Below, in pieces: positions 33,858 to 47,500 of a stretch of 64,000 bases of DNA. Every line of letters begins with the position of its first letter. Within the stretch, counting starts at the first letter, position 1. This stretch comes from Vairimorpha necatrix (Eukaryota). The notes beneath the pieces are model-generated. The model made no database searches. It was not told where the DNA came from and worked only from the letters and a program-made list of their open reading frames with translations. The DNA is taken from NCBI GenBank assembly GCA_036630325.1, contig CP142728.1, positions 1,302,001 to 1,366,000 of the forward strand. Direction: 5' to 3'. The translations under genes and the position numbers were made by a program.

Positions 33858-34811
33858 TCATATATAATTTAAATTTAAACGTTGTCTCAAATTCAACTGA
33901 TATGATTGTTTAATAAGTTCTCTGAGTTCATTTATAATTTCTTCTAAAAGTGAAAATAACACGTTTATCTTTTTGTGAAACTCAATTACTTTAAGTTGAA
34001 ATGATTTTAAAACATTTTGAATGCTTTTCATATCTTCCTCACTAATATCTATTTCATCATAAATACATTCTCTTGTAAATTTAAATATTTTGAGCAAGGG
34101 AATGTTTTTAATTATTAAATAAAGTTTTTTTCCGTATGATTCGTAGTATTCGAGAAAATACAATGGAGCAAACGTAATTTTTATATTCTCTGTATCAATA
34201 ATATTTTCTAATACTTTTTCGATAAATGAAAAAATACCTAAGTAGAATTTAATTTTTTCGGGGTTTATTTGAAGACTTATTAAAATCTCTACAATTCTAT
34301 TTATACATGCTATTTTTTTTGTTTTTAAGCTATTGCACCTTTCATTAATTTTTTTTCTTTTAATATTTAGCATTGTTAAAGATTGTTTAACATTTACGAA
34401 CATGAATGAACCATATGTATTTTCATTATAGACGACCTTTCGAAATTCTAAAATATATTTAAGAGATTTTATGGATTTGCTAAGTTCAGTGATTAGTAAA
34501 TAATAGCTGTCATTTTTTTCTGCAAATTCGCTATCAATAACCTTATAAACTAGTTGTAACTCTTGAGTGGAAAGCTTATTAAGGCCATTCTCTATTTCTT
34601 TTTGTTTTGACGAATTATTCTGTTCGTGGTATACAGAAATTTCGTGTAGGTATTCAATGTGATTAGCTAAAAAGGTTTGTTTTTTGTTTTCTTCATCTAC
34701 AAAATTCACATTATAATTATTATAAAGATATTCCAATTCAAGTTTATCCTGATAACTTGATCTAATTTCTGATTGTAATGAATAGAATACTGTATGCAAA
34801 AAAAATATCAT
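33858..34811 (-). CDS. Hypothetical secreted helical protein
   Basis: 317-aa ORF; GGGG-C-ATG start; MIFFLHTVFYS signal-like N-terminus. Confidence 0.7.
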   Translation of the reverse strand: MIFFLHTVFYSLQSEIRSSYQDKLELEYLYNNYNVNFVDEENKKQTFLANHIEYLHEISVYHEQNNSSKQKEIENGLNKLSTQELQLVYKVIDSEFAEKNDSYYLLITELSKSIKSLKYILEFRKVVYNENTYGSFMFVNVKQSLTMLNIKRKKINERCNSLKTKKIACINRIVEILISLQINPEKIKFYLGIFSFIEKVLENIIDTENIKITFAPLYFLEYYESYGKKLYLIIKNIPLLKIFKFTRECIYDEIDISEEDMKSIQNVLKSFQLKVIEFHKKINVLFSLLEEIINELRELIKQSYQLNLRQRLNLNYI

Positions 34812-34952
34812 GCCCCTTCAAAAAGTTTTTTATAAAAAACACAGAAATTACAATTGTATTTACAAGATTTATCAAATTTAACTAAAATAAATAGCTAAAA
34901 TTAATAATCAGTATACAAATCAAATTTCAAGTGATGTTTTCTTTAAGTGATA

Positions 34953-35413
34953 CTAGCGTATGCTTTCCCGTTTTGAAAACGGGTTTTGAATGTTTTGTTT
35001 TATAATATGTCGCTCCTCGGTAAATTTTGGTGAGTTTCTATTTCGGGATGATTGAATTTGATAGGATGAAGACATCGTTTTCAAAAATACTTTTTAGTAA
35101 CATATAAGGAGTAAAGTTAAGTTATAAACACTTATGAGTCATATTGAAATAATTTTAGGAATTTCTAAGCTCAAATTTTGACGCTTATATTTAAAATCTT
35201 TATTGTTAATTATTTTTACAATTTTTCGCGGAAGGGTCAAATAAATTCTAAAAAACGATTCTGACGATATTTTGGAACTGAGTTTAACAAAAATAATAAT
35301 CAAAATTAAAAAGTATTAACTAATAACATACACACTTAGAATAGTCAAATTATCGCAATAAATCTATTTATGATATTTAAATAACATAGAAAGCCTAATA
35401 TATATAGTTTAGA
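34953..35413 (-). mobile_element. Non-autonomous Helitron, related to the 7171-7466 copy
   Basis: Minus-strand 3' end: perfect hairpin CCCGTTTT-C-AAAACGGG, then aaagcatacg-CTAG|T; patchy internal similarity to the 7.2-kb copy; 5' boundary approximate. Confidence 0.65.
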
Positions 35414-35593
35414 AATTCCAAAGTCACAAAAAAGAGGGGTAAAAAATTAAATAAAATTCTTTTATATATATGATACTTTTGAAAATATATATATTAATTT
35501 ATATATTTATATCTTATAATTAACAAAACACACACTTTATTTGGTTAAAAACATTCACGCCTCTGTTTATTGAATTAGTCAACAAATTATAGT

Positions 35594-36634
35594 GGTTGAT
35601 CGGACCGAAATTCACCTTTTTTTGATGTCTTCAAATTTTCATTTTTTCACCCCAAAAAATGAAATTCCAAAAGTTGAGGAAGAAAACAAAAAAAGAATAA
35701 AAGTTTTAAATATTTAATTTTTCATCATAAATTACGTTAAAACAACTTATTACTGGATGAGTATTATAGTTTTTTATTAACATGTACCTCACTAAATACC
35801 TATTAATTAATTTCCTCGTTCTACATCTGTATGGTATATGCTGTTTTAAACCAGACCATGTTCCTTCGATAGTATTAGTATGTATTCCTGTCTCGGGATC
35901 TTTAAAATATTTAGAGTGGTTTACATTGTGGTGACTATAACCTTCATTTTGAATGCCCGTATATCCCTTCCAACAGTCAGAATATAATTTGCTACCTTCT
36001 TTTACACTATTTTTAATGTGAAATTTTAACTTACTTTTAGTACGATCACTAACTTGAAATAATATGACTCTTTTTTTACCATCTCTTTCAACTACTCCAA
36101 AGAGCCAAACTCCTCCTACTGGATGTCCACGATTATATTTATTCTTTCCAATCTTTGACTCATCAATTTCAACTGTTATACCAGGATTTCCAATATATTC
36201 AATGTTTTGGTAGAATTTTTTAACTAGTACTTCACTAGTTTTTTTCAATATTCTCCATATAACTTTTTTATCAATTCTGGTTACGTATGAAATAGTATCC
36301 ACACTACATTTTGATAACCAGAGGTCAATAACCTCGACAAATTTCAATTTAGAAATTTTTATATGACTAAATATTGTACCTTTCCAAACATTAATATGTT
36401 TTTTATATAGTGGACATATTTTATTTGTACATTTCATATATTCATACTTATTTTTTGTGTATGATGTAAGCTCTTCATTGCATATTTTACAACCGCTAAG
36501 TTGTAAGGATTTTATTTGTTGTATTATTTTCTCTTCAATCTCTCTTTTCCTCAACTTTTGGAATTTCATTTTTTGGGGTGAAAAAATGAAAATTTGAAGA
36601 CATCAAAAAAAGGTGAATTTCGGCCCGAAGGTCC
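35594..36634 (-). mobile_element. Intact Merlin (IS1595/ISXO2-like) DNA transposon, 1041 bp
   Basis: 8-bp TSD ATTATAGT at 35586-35593 and 36635-36642; 88-bp TIRs (35594-35681, 36547-36634) starting GG, inner 77 bp identical; uninterrupted transposase. Confidence 0.95.
35706..36569 (-). CDS. Merlin DDE transposase
   Basis: N-terminal CxxC..C..C; GNPGITVEIDESKIG, KYNRGH, WLFGVVER, YSDCWKGY, VNHS..F.DPETGIHTNTIEGTW. Confidence 0.95.
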   Translation of the reverse strand: MKFQKLRKREIEEKIIQQIKSLQLSGCKICNEELTSYTKNKYEYMKCTNKICPLYKKHINVWKGTIFSHIKISKLKFVEVIDLWLSKCSVDTISYVTRIDKKVIWRILKKTSEVLVKKFYQNIEYIGNPGITVEIDESKIGKNKYNRGHPVGGVWLFGVVERDGKKRVILFQVSDRTKSKLKFHIKNSVKEGSKLYSDCWKGYTGIQNEGYSHHNVNHSKYFKDPETGIHTNTIEGTWSGLKQHIPYRCRTRKLINRYLVRYMLIKNYNTHPVISCFNVIYDEKLNI

Positions 36635-39600
36635 ATTATAGTGATATATAAACATATCGAATTACAATCCCTGCCACCTATTATCAATATAATTACTTGT
36701 ATTATGATCATATATTTGTCTCTTTTTATATTATCTACAATATTTTTTTTCATAAAGCACCTTTTCATTGATGCATAGTTTGACTCATTTTAAAAATTAT
36801 ATACAACTCGGAATTTTTTATAAAAAATAATTATTTATACCTCAATTTATAAAAACTCAATAGATTTGACGTATAACTTATAAATATCAAAAAAGCGGCC
36901 ACGGATTCGCCTCAAAATATGATTTAAGACAATATTATGAAGCAATAAATGCTCATAGACTAATATTTTACATTGAGGATATTTGGTAATGATCGTATTG
37001 AATAATATTTGTTTACCGGGCATTTGTTGCATAAAATATTTAAAATTATTGATGCAAAAAGAGAGCTTACATCCAATAATAAAAAGCTACAAGATTTTTT
37101 AGGTAAAAATAAACTTAACGGACGAGGCATATCATCGTCTGCTAAAAATAATAATGACGAGGTAAAAAAGTGAATTTTGAATGAAGTACCATATATTATT
37201 TTAGCGTTTCTGCGTATACCTGAATAATATAAGTTTAAAATAATTAAGTTTTTTTTTTATTTGTACATTTAAAATATTATTTTCTTTCATTGTATCCCCC
37301 CCCCCCCAAATATTGGTTTTTTTAGTATCATAAGTTTATGATAACTTGATTATAATTTTTATTTAAAGTAATAAAAATAAATAAAATTATTTTGTGTATA
37401 CATCATTTATTTACTAATACTACATGATATTTAAAGGAGATAATATCTTTGTTATCATCGACTGGTACAATAAGAAAGAACATCCAGATTCTTCCAAAGG
37501 TTTTGAAAAAGTTAATATATACATTTAATAAACTATTTAATTATACATTGCAGATTTGTTCGATTTTAAAATAAAATGGTATTAATAAATATCATACTCT
37601 CGTCTTGCTTTGATTTTTTTCATATTTGTATTATAAATTTATTCGGCTTGAAACATGGTAAAACATATAAGTAGCACATTTTAAAGCATTTTATATAAAG
37701 CCGAAAATGATTTATACATTATTTATTCCTAACCGAGTTATTGACTTCTTAGACTATCAAATCATTTTAATGTTTTTTTATATAATTTTTCATGATTTAT
37801 TAGCGTCTAGAATGAGTGACAATCTTTTTCTTAGTCAAAATAATTCATCATTCGACTGGTCAGTTTCAAAGTGCGGTCATCAAAACTTTTATACACAAGA
37901 GAACATGTTTGTCTGTTACTGTTTTTTCAAAAAAAATTATAACATTATAGCAATTATTCCGAAGAAGCCGACAACCCCAAATCTTAAGACTTAGTTCATA
38001 GACCAATTTAAACCCTCCCAATTAAATATTTATACACTTCCTTGCAATTTCTAAGTCACAAAATAAATGCCGAGGCTTTTGGACGATTTCTTGATTATCC
38101 ATTTTTTACATCCGCAATCGTACAACTTGAAAATTCTAGATGAGACAAGATCAATAGCGCATTCTCTAGCTATTAGATATTTAAATACTCTGTGCAAAAT
38201 TTTGAAAGTCGTAGATAAATTTCGGCCACATTATATAACAAAATTTTATAAGAAAGATTTCTTTAGATATATAAGTTCTATTTATTAATGGTTTTCTAAA
38301 TTATCACGCTATATTTTGCATAAAGAAGACCCTCTTAGTTATCCCCATGCGATATTCTTCTTGGGTGTTCTTGGTATAATATAGTTTTATAATAATATTC
38401 ATCATGTGGAGTATTTTTTGCGCTCTTTATGATGCTATTATTTGGTTTTGTGTTTTGAAGGTAAAAACTAAATGCATAGTCGAATTTATGAGAGTCCAGA
38501 AGCTATTTCAAAAATTTAATGCATCCTCCATTTATATGATGTATAATTAGATTTGGGTTTTATAAACACAATCAATCTTTTCAGATAAAAGATTGTAAAA
38601 CAATAGCAAAAATATAAATGACCAATGACTTTTTAAACATCAGCACAGTAACTGATTTCATTTTTAATATGCTTTTAAAATATACTGCAAACAGAAAATC
38701 AATTCTAAAAAATATATAATTTTAAATATTATTAGCAAATCCAGTTAAAAAAAGTAGAATTTGACGTGCTTTTGGTAAAGAATTTTATATGCAGTCAAAT
38801 ACATAATTTGCTGAATTTGTTATTATATGTATTAAATAGTACTAATTGGCCAATTTTCACTATATCCTCTTACTAGTATAAATAGAGATTTTTTTTTAGC
38901 TCTGTTTTTTCGAAAACCGAAACGGAAAAAAATGGAGAAGCAAAAACATAAAAACTAGTCTTATAAAATAGCATAGAAATGTAAAAAAATAATTTTTTAA
39001 CTTTTAACTATTTTTTTCTTTCACTTATTTGATCAAGGCTTATAATTATTGAACATTGGAATGAATAATAAGCAAACTTTGATCAATCTCTATATAATAA
39101 ATCATATTTAAGTAAATTAGCAAGTTCAAAACGATTATGTGTAAGAATTAAACAATTATATAAATATGAGATTTTTACTTTTGAAGCGAAACGTGTCAAA
39201 TATTATAATATTATATATTAATGTTATTTATAATTTATGAATGTCCAAAAAGCATATTTATAACAAATTTGTTCTCCATTCGTCTATAAAAACTCAAGAA
39301 ATAAAAAAGACATATTAAAGTAACTATATTAAAATAATTAACACCAAACCCAGACTATGTTATACGCCACAAATGATAAACATGTCTAATGATAACAAAA
39401 ATTAGTTTGATGACGATGGAATAAAAAGAGTAAATGATATTTTTACAAACTTAGACCTCTATTGAACACATATTAGAGAGAAAGACATCATTATGAACGA
39501 TTTATAATACTATTTTACTTACATAATCGACAAAGATCTTAATCAGACTATTTTAGTTCGCTCTTTTCCGCTATGGATGCTTCTATTTTCGAAAAAAAAG

Positions 39601-41181
39601 ATTAAACATAATTTTTTTAATTTATACTGGTATAAGAAGAAAAGTAAAATTGCATCTTCTAATTATAAAATATATTCACTACAACGAAATGAATTAGTAT
39701 TTAAACAATATTATCGCCAATGTATCAGAAAGAAAAATTTTGTTGATTATTATAACTAAAATTTTGATTGCACTCACAAAAATATAGCTCGTATGTGTTT
39801 GTAATTTTATGCTTTAGAACTCACAAAACAAAAATTAAGCAAAAGTTTTCAAAAAATTTAAACCGTAGGATTTGCCTTTTATTAAGAGCTTCTCTTAGTG
39901 TATTTAATTACTTATAATTATTTAAAATGCTGTGGGATAATAATTTTAATGAGCTTTTTATCAGAATCTTTGTTGCCTAGTTGTATTGTTGAATCTAATT
40001 TCATGCTTTATTATTGCGGGGATTAATTTTTTTTTGAACTTATTTTGTATAGAAAATAATTAATATTTTTATAAAATTTCAACTGAATCTTTGTATAATA
40101 ATATAATTTTATGAACCAAATGGTTTGAGACCAAAAAACCTAAATTTTGAAGTTAGATATAATAGTTTTAAAACCGAAAAAAAATTTTAGAATCATTTAT
40201 GAGAATACATAAAGAACTACAATATGAATGCACATTAGAACTCAAAATACAAAGTATTCTAATTTGCTTAACGATAAATTAGTTGCTTACATAAAAACAT
40301 GTTACTATTGCAACACGAATCACAATGACTTTAATTTTTTAACATCGAGATCTTAACAAAGCATTAATTAATGAAAAGACGACTAAATTTATTAAGAAAT
40401 AAAAAAAATCTCATTTTATAATTATTCTGAATATGATAAACATCGAAGTTAAAAATTAAATTTATTTGTAAAAAAGTTCGAGATGTTATCTGATATAACG
40501 TTCAATGATACATTATAACTATTATAAAAAAAAACTACCATAATAAACTTCGTTGTTATTATAAATTAAAAAAATATCAGATCAATCTTGTAATTTAGCT
40601 ATTGCTGCATACGTAATGTTTGTATATTAGGATTTGTTAGTTTCGTAGTTTTATTAGTTTCATTACTAAAAATTAAATTCGTCAAATAATATTATTTCAT
40701 ATACCATCGATGATATATATGTGTTAATGTTATAAAAGGACACTGTATGTATATGAATTTTTCATATTAGCATTCACTCCCCAAGCCGCCAAACGTTTCA
40801 ATTAATTAAGTGTCAAAAACATCAAATGTTTAGGATACATTTAACAAAAAAAATTTTAGAGAAAATATCAATATATGATTTATGCTTTAAACTAGATAAA
40901 AAGTAACTACTAAGTCATACAAAATTCTAACAATTTGATTTATACTTATTGTTAAAAAAATAAATCATTTAGAAATTAAAAATATATTTTTTAGTATCAT
41001 CATAAAATCTCTTTGTTGCGTAAAATTCGGTTTAATATACATTACACTTTTGATAAAGTATTTCTACACATTTTTATTATTTTTTATTTGTATTTAATAG
41101 ATTAAAGAATTCATGTATGTTTTTTTCTTTCATAAATTTTTTATAAATTATCCATATAAAAAAAATAAAAAATTTACCCCA

Positions 41182-42837
41182 ATGAAAGTAATTAAATATA
41201 TAATTTTTATATCACTTATTCGAGCAACCTTCGATATATTTAACAATTTCAAATCTGTTATGTTTAATAAAATAGACGGAGGGGATTTTATTACTATCGA
41301 CAAAAATAAAAAAAACGAAATAGAATTTTTTAACTATATAGATGAAACGAAACATTTGAGACCACTTATTTTTAATAGAATAAATATGAATTGTAGTCTT
41401 TCTAATAAAAAAACACTATTATTGTGCTTGGCAAAGAAAGTTTTGAATAAAAAAAGAGAATGTTTTGAAAATGTAATATTGGTATATAGCAAAACTGATT
41501 TTATACTAAATAGAAACATGGAATATATAATTGAGACAATAAAAGAAATAAATCTTGAAAGAAAAAAGAGAAATGACAAGAATGAATTTTTCTTCGAGCA
41601 TATAATTGAAGACACCAATTTATTATATAACGGGTATCATCAAAACCAAAAGAATGAAAAACTGATAGAAAATAACTATACAAACCAACAATTTTACGTT
41701 AAGAAGAATGGTACGTTTTTTATCAATTTTTTTCTCTTTGATAGAAACTATAAATATTTCTTTGAAATAGATGTAAGGGATCTTAAAATTCAACAAATTT
41801 TTACCTATGAATTGTAAGGTAATCTAAAAATATGGCAATCTGATAAAAACATACTTGAGCTTACTATCAAACTGTTCAATATCTTTGAATTAACTGACGT
41901 ATATAAATTGAAAGAATTTGATAACATAACATGTCTCAATACAAGAATTGAACTATGTCATAATTATCTTTGTTATATGAAAGAAAATAAAGAGTGTTTT
42001 GGGATCAAAATAGAAAAAAGCACAATTGTTTTTGAATATATGGGTATTCAAAATATATACATAATAAATTTACAATTAAAAAAAAATGATACAAGAATTA
42101 ACATAACGCAGAAGTGTTTTAATACATTCCAAACTTTTTTAGAATTTATAAAAAAACAAAGAAAGAGTTATTTTAGTGAAGTTGAATTATGTTATAGGTT
42201 ATTAGAGAGTAACAATTTAGTAGAAGAAATTATACAAAAAATACTTAATAATAATGAATCTGCCTTAAGATTGGTTTTTATAAATATTTGTGCTAATATT
42301 GAGATTATTGAATTGAGCAATCTAAAAGACCATATTAACGAAAAAAATGAACTGGATAAAATTTTAGAACAAAATAATATTAAAGACATGGCACGAATAA
42401 TAATGAAAATACTAAAGAACATTGATACAGAGTTTTCATTAATCATAAAAAGTGGCCTATTTATTGAAACAGAAAATGTGCTCAATGAATATAATAAATC
42501 TTCATGTGAGTTGATTAAGAATTTAAGACAAATTGGATCTGGAATAATCAAAAGAAACTTTGAATACTTTTTCACTGCGGTTAAAATTAAAAAAACGTAT
42601 TTTAATCTCTCGCAAATTTTCTCCAGGGCAAAATTAGAAAAAAAAACTGTTGAAGACGCCATCTTTAAAACTTGGTTCAGTATTTTTCAAATTACTTCGT
42701 TAATTTCAGGAGTACAAAGAACATTTAATATCGAAGACAAAAAACTTAGTATTAATGATAAATTGCCGCATTGGTTTACTGAAGATATTAATAGACTAAA
42801 TGAATTTAATGAAGCAATTTTAGCAGAATTTAAATAA
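41182..42837 (+). pseudogene. Secreted family B member 1, interrupted by one in-frame TAA (41815-41817)
   Basis: ORFs 41113-41817 and 41908-42837 are in the same frame with no other stop between them; CCCC-A-ATG at 41182; signal peptide; NKIDGGDFITID matches the paralogs. Confidence 0.75.
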
Positions 42838-43275
42838 AAACTTTTAAAAGTATATACCCTATGATTATATTTACTATAATTTATTTCATATAATAACAAT
42901 AAAATATCATTTATCATCAACAATTGAATCTTTCACGCCTTAAAAAGACACAGCAAAATGCTTTTTTTAGAAACAAAAAATACCTTCAACATATGATCAA
43001 TTTACATTGTTAAGTCATTTTTTTAAAGGCATTTTTGTTCTATAATTATAATTATACTCTTCTAACGATGGTATAAATATTTAATGATCAATTTTTAATT
43101 TTTCTAAAATGATATAGATTCGGTCCAACAATTTATAAAGAACAACATGTATAGTTTTTCATATTTTTGTCTATGTTTTTAAAAATTGAGTGAAATCATA
43201 AAAATTATATAAATTTATAAACATTTTAAAGAATTAGAAGTAAATTTGTGAATATTTTATATGTATTGTGTATTT

Positions 43276-44385
43276 GGCGCTCCTTAAATTCAAAATCACA
43301 GGGGTTAAAAAAATTAAAAAATTCACGAACATGTATTGTAAACATTCTACAAAAAAATTACAAATGCCCTTATGATTTTGAATTTAAAGAAAGCGATTTT
43401 GTGAATTTTAATTTTTTACCCCCTAATGCAAGTTAAAAATCTCTACAGCAATTTATTTGTTGAAGAAGAAGCAGCTATAGAGTACTTAAAGGTTTTAAAC
43501 TTCTACAGAAATACTATGAAGTATGACTGTGGTGGTTTATGAACCAAGTAAAATCTAAAAACTACTTGGAAGGAATCTGCTTTTATTGTACAAATAGCTT
43601 CAAAAAGCGAAAAAGCAATAAAAAGGGCACTTTTCTATAGAAGTCCAGGATGATTACGCACATACAACTGAGAATGTTGTATTCCTGGGTGATGAAAATG
43701 ACCAACACAATGGTCTCAGTAACATGTGAGGTCTCCGAGTCCACCTACATTTCTTTTAAGGGCTTTATCCTAGAAAAAATAAAAAAATGAAATAAATACA
43801 TTTTTTGTAAGAATAGGTGGGCCGAGAATTACTATTCAAGTCGACGAGACAGCAATATGTAGAGGTCGTATAATAACAAATCCTACGACAGAAGAAGACG
43901 ACATCCCTGGGACGACATGGCTAGTCGGAGGTATAGAAAATGAAAGCAACAATTGCTTCTTAAAAATAGTTCCTAATAGGACTGCCCCTATAATGCTAGA
44001 TCTATTTAGGGATTATGTAGTAGAAGGAAATAAAATAAGAATTGATGGGGTTTCTTAGTACCGTTCTGCTGTTCGCGATTTCAAATCTGTTCATGAAGTC
44101 GTTAATCATAGTGTTGGTTTTACTAATGACAATGGACAACATACTAACAAAATAGAGAATCTGTGGAGTCATTTAAAGACCGATTTGAAACAAGAAGAGG
44201 AATTATGAAGGTAAACATAGAAGATTTTATATACGAGTTTTAATTTAGATCTAAATATTTAAAAGAGAAGAATTCTGATACTTATGCAGAAACTTTTACC
44301 AGAATACTCTTGTTAGAATAGATGTTTCTTGTTTTTACTTTTTTTAATTTTTATAACCCCTGTGATTTTGAATTTAAGGAGCGCC
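43276..44385 (+). mobile_element. Full-length Merlin transposon with decayed transposase, 1110 bp
   Basis: TSD GTGTATTT (43268-43275, 44386-44393); about 46-bp TIR GGCGCTCCTTAAATTCAAAATCACAGGGGTTA; pseudogene from ATG 43426 with IGGPRITIQVDETA, WLVGGIE, VVNHSVGF, HTNKIENLWSHLK, plus stops and frameshifts. Confidence 0.93.
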
Positions 44386-44990
44386 GTGTATTTTAACATG
44401 CTCAGTGTAAGATGTACATATTTCTTGTATTATTGTAAATGAAACAATTTACCTGTATAATTGTTTCAAAAAAAATCATTTGTAAGATAAATCCTTTAGA
44501 GTGAATTTGAAATATATGTGTTATATGTTTAATTACAATTTTTTAAGAAACCTAACTTAACTGAAAATTTATTGTATGTTCTGACATAGACTTTAAAGTT
44601 ATATTCGAGAAATTTTATTATATAGGTGTCACCAATAAAATATTATTTTATTCGTATTCTTGAATATTTTGACTTTTAAACAGCATCATTTAATACGCTT
44701 AGCAAATATTTAACTTATATGTTTTAATTTGGTTATATAGAAGTTTGAATAATATTGAAACATATAACGAGAACCTCAATTTCTACATTGTACAAATTAA
44801 TGGTTATGAATTTGTAAACGAATAACTATGAGTCAGAACTCATTTTAATAATAAATAAAATTGACCTTAACAATAACAATGATAATATGACAAAACGATT
44901 AATTTTATAGAGTATTATTAGATTTCAAGAACCACTTTTCTTATTTATTAACTCGATGGCAATCGATTTCATCTTCTACCCTTTTATAAA

Positions 44991-45857
44991 ATGATTTGTT
45001 TTTAATTTTTATGTTTATTTTTTAGCCCTATGAAACCTATTGTAAGATATTTATTAAAATTATTTAATAGTCCCACCGTAAAATACATAAATGACCAGTT
45101 TTCTATAACTAATAAAGAAATCAAATATCCTAAAATGACCAATTCAGATTACGTCGACCCCGATTATAATCATAAGAAGATTTTTGAAGAAAATTCTTTG
45201 TTTTTGCAGAGAATTCTCGCTAAGAATAATAATGCATTATTATATGATCGTAGAAGTTTTCGAAAAATATCAATGTTTTTTTTTAAGATTGTTTATGAAA
45301 ACAAAATAATTATCCCTATTCAAAATTATAACACGTTGTATAAAGAAGAATATAATGATAAAAGAAAAATTTTTAACATATTTTTACTGTACTTGAGACA
45401 ATTTATAAAAAAGAATATATATTTACACGATATGAACTTTATTAAAATATATATAAAATCACTTGCTGAACAGTCTTATAGCTTAGTTACTGCACTTTAT
45501 CATGTAGGTTTTTTTAATAAATCAAAAAAAGAACGAAATAAAATTAAAAACATGATACTTGCTAGTATTGATAAAAAATTTAATCCCAAGCATAATTTTT
45601 TCTATGATAATGTTTTTGATGAAAGAAAACTTGATATGATATACAAATATTTAAACGAACAAATGACAGTTAGAATATTTGAAGAATTATACACAAAAAA
45701 TACTGCATTGAGATTACAAAATTCTAAGATTAATTTATTACAAAGAAAGTTGTCTGGTACCAAAAATGCAAATTATGAACGTCTAAATTTCTACATACCT
45801 AAGAACTATACTTTATTCCTAGATCGGGCAGTGGAGATACAAAAAAAGATCAAATAA
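44991..45857 (+). pseudogene. Secreted family A distant member; in-frame TAA at codon 5 (or N-truncated product from ATG 45030)
   Basis: CCC..ATG at 44991 reads MICF*FLCLFFSPMK, in frame with the 45030 ORF; the same MICF start as 25388; LRQFIK and SLAEQSYSLV match family A weakly. Confidence 0.55.
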
Positions 45858-46329
45858 AAACTTAATTTAAATAATAATATTCATTTTTGTATGTTATTAA
45901 ATTTGTTTTAATACGTTAATTAAACGTTTTTTTACATATTAAAATATAGACATTTAATTTCCAAGGTGATACTTTTTTAGCTAGACTATATCGTAAAAAG
46001 CGATCAAACACTATCAACCTCACTGAATTTGCTTAAATTTTTCTCCTCAATATCTAACGAAGTACCCAAAAGACTAAATATTTCGGAAAAGTCTATTATC
46101 AATCATTTATTCTTCTTATTCTGTTCCGAAAACAACTTAAAATAAATTTTCGCATAGTATATCTAAAAAGATATAATGTAGTGTGTTACATCAATATACC
46201 TTCGTTCACATGGCATTAAGCATAGAGAGTCTGCGCTTTTAACATTATCTGTTAAATTATAGAGAGTTGTCACAACTACCTCAATATTTAATAACCTTCA
46301 TTCTTTTATAAATTTAGAAAATATTGCAT

Positions 46330-46640
46330 TGTTTAATTTTGAATGTGTTGTTCACCCATTTTTTATCGTTATGTTTGTTGACAACCCCTATCCATAAGGT
46401 TTTCCCCTTATATATATACATGTTATAATCATTATACAACAGTCCAATAACATTTTAAAACTAATACATTACTAATTATATTTATATTTTTTTCAATCTT
46501 ATAGCTATGTGTCAACTGTCTCCTTTCTAAGTACAATATGAACACTTTTCTCTTTACTTAAATAGTTTTTTTTTGCAAAAAGCCCTTTTCTTATTTCACT
46601 CTTCTTCCTTTATATCTGCTTGATCTAAATTCCATAAAAA
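46330..46640 (-). mobile_element. Highly decayed Merlin-like transposase relic
   Basis: Minus-strand fragments SRYKGRRVK and IEKNIN resemble the KYxRGR motif region; many stops. Confidence 0.3.
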
Positions 46641-47340
46641 TAACGGTGATATATATTTTTGTTTTCATTTCGAGCAAAAATAAATTTATCTGAATCGATG
46701 AATCTAATGTAAATTTTATGATAATTCAGTAAAAAAATAACATGCCTATGATGTTGATACGATGTTATATATCTAAATTACGCGTATTAAACTAAACTAT
46801 AGAAGAAAACCGAAGGATTTTTTTTTAAAACATTTTTTAAATAATGCTTTTATAAGTACGACAAAGGGGAAAGCAATGTTGTACTTTCAGTAGACTTTTT
46901 AGATTTTTTATTCCGTCAGTTATATTATAATTCAACGAAATATGGCGAAACATCTCAAGAAAAACTGACAGAATTACAAGGCCATAATAAATAATTTCTA
47001 ATAAAATAAAAGAACAACATGTTTTATTTCCTCATATCTAAAATATATGGTTTGAATTTTTTTTCTACAGAAAGATCTTCTAATATATTAAATGCTTTTG
47101 TAGTTTTAAATCAGAAAAAATAAAGCGCAATTTCTTTTGATAAAATAAAAATATCTGTGTATTTAAAGAATAAAGGCACGATTAAATTTTTTTTTGGATA
47201 AGAAGCAAAAAAAAGATAAAAATAACTACATTTAAATTTATACCTGTAATTTGAAATATTTCTAAATACTAACAATGGAACTTGTTGAATTGATTAATTG
47301 TAAACAAACCATATTTCAAAAATAATAAATTTTATTAGAG

Positions 47341-47500
47341 TATGCTTAATGTAGTTTATATTTCTAGTTTTGCAAGGATATCTTCCCTGTAGAGCCTCCT
47401 GCTTGTGGGTAGCTTCTAGGCTCTAGGGTCCTTTTCATATCGGCTTCGTGTTAAATCTTCTATAGTCCAAAGAAATGTTTTATACCGTCTTCTTCAGCGT
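47341..47500 (-). mobile_element. 5'-truncated 3' end of RLE-type non-LTR retrotransposon
   Basis: Minus strand TLKKTV*NISLDYRR; shares 23-bp TATGCTTAATGTAGTTTATATTT and downstream similarity with 60016-60273. Confidence 0.7.

Noticed and set aside
33215-37306. Poly-C runs (about 33215 and 37296) as G-quadruplex or regulatory sites
   Set aside because: Single isolated homopolymers with no supporting context.
37700-38530. Ty3/gypsy integrase remnant on the minus strand
   Set aside because: Suggestive spacing only; no intact HHCC or DDE motif and no LTRs seen.
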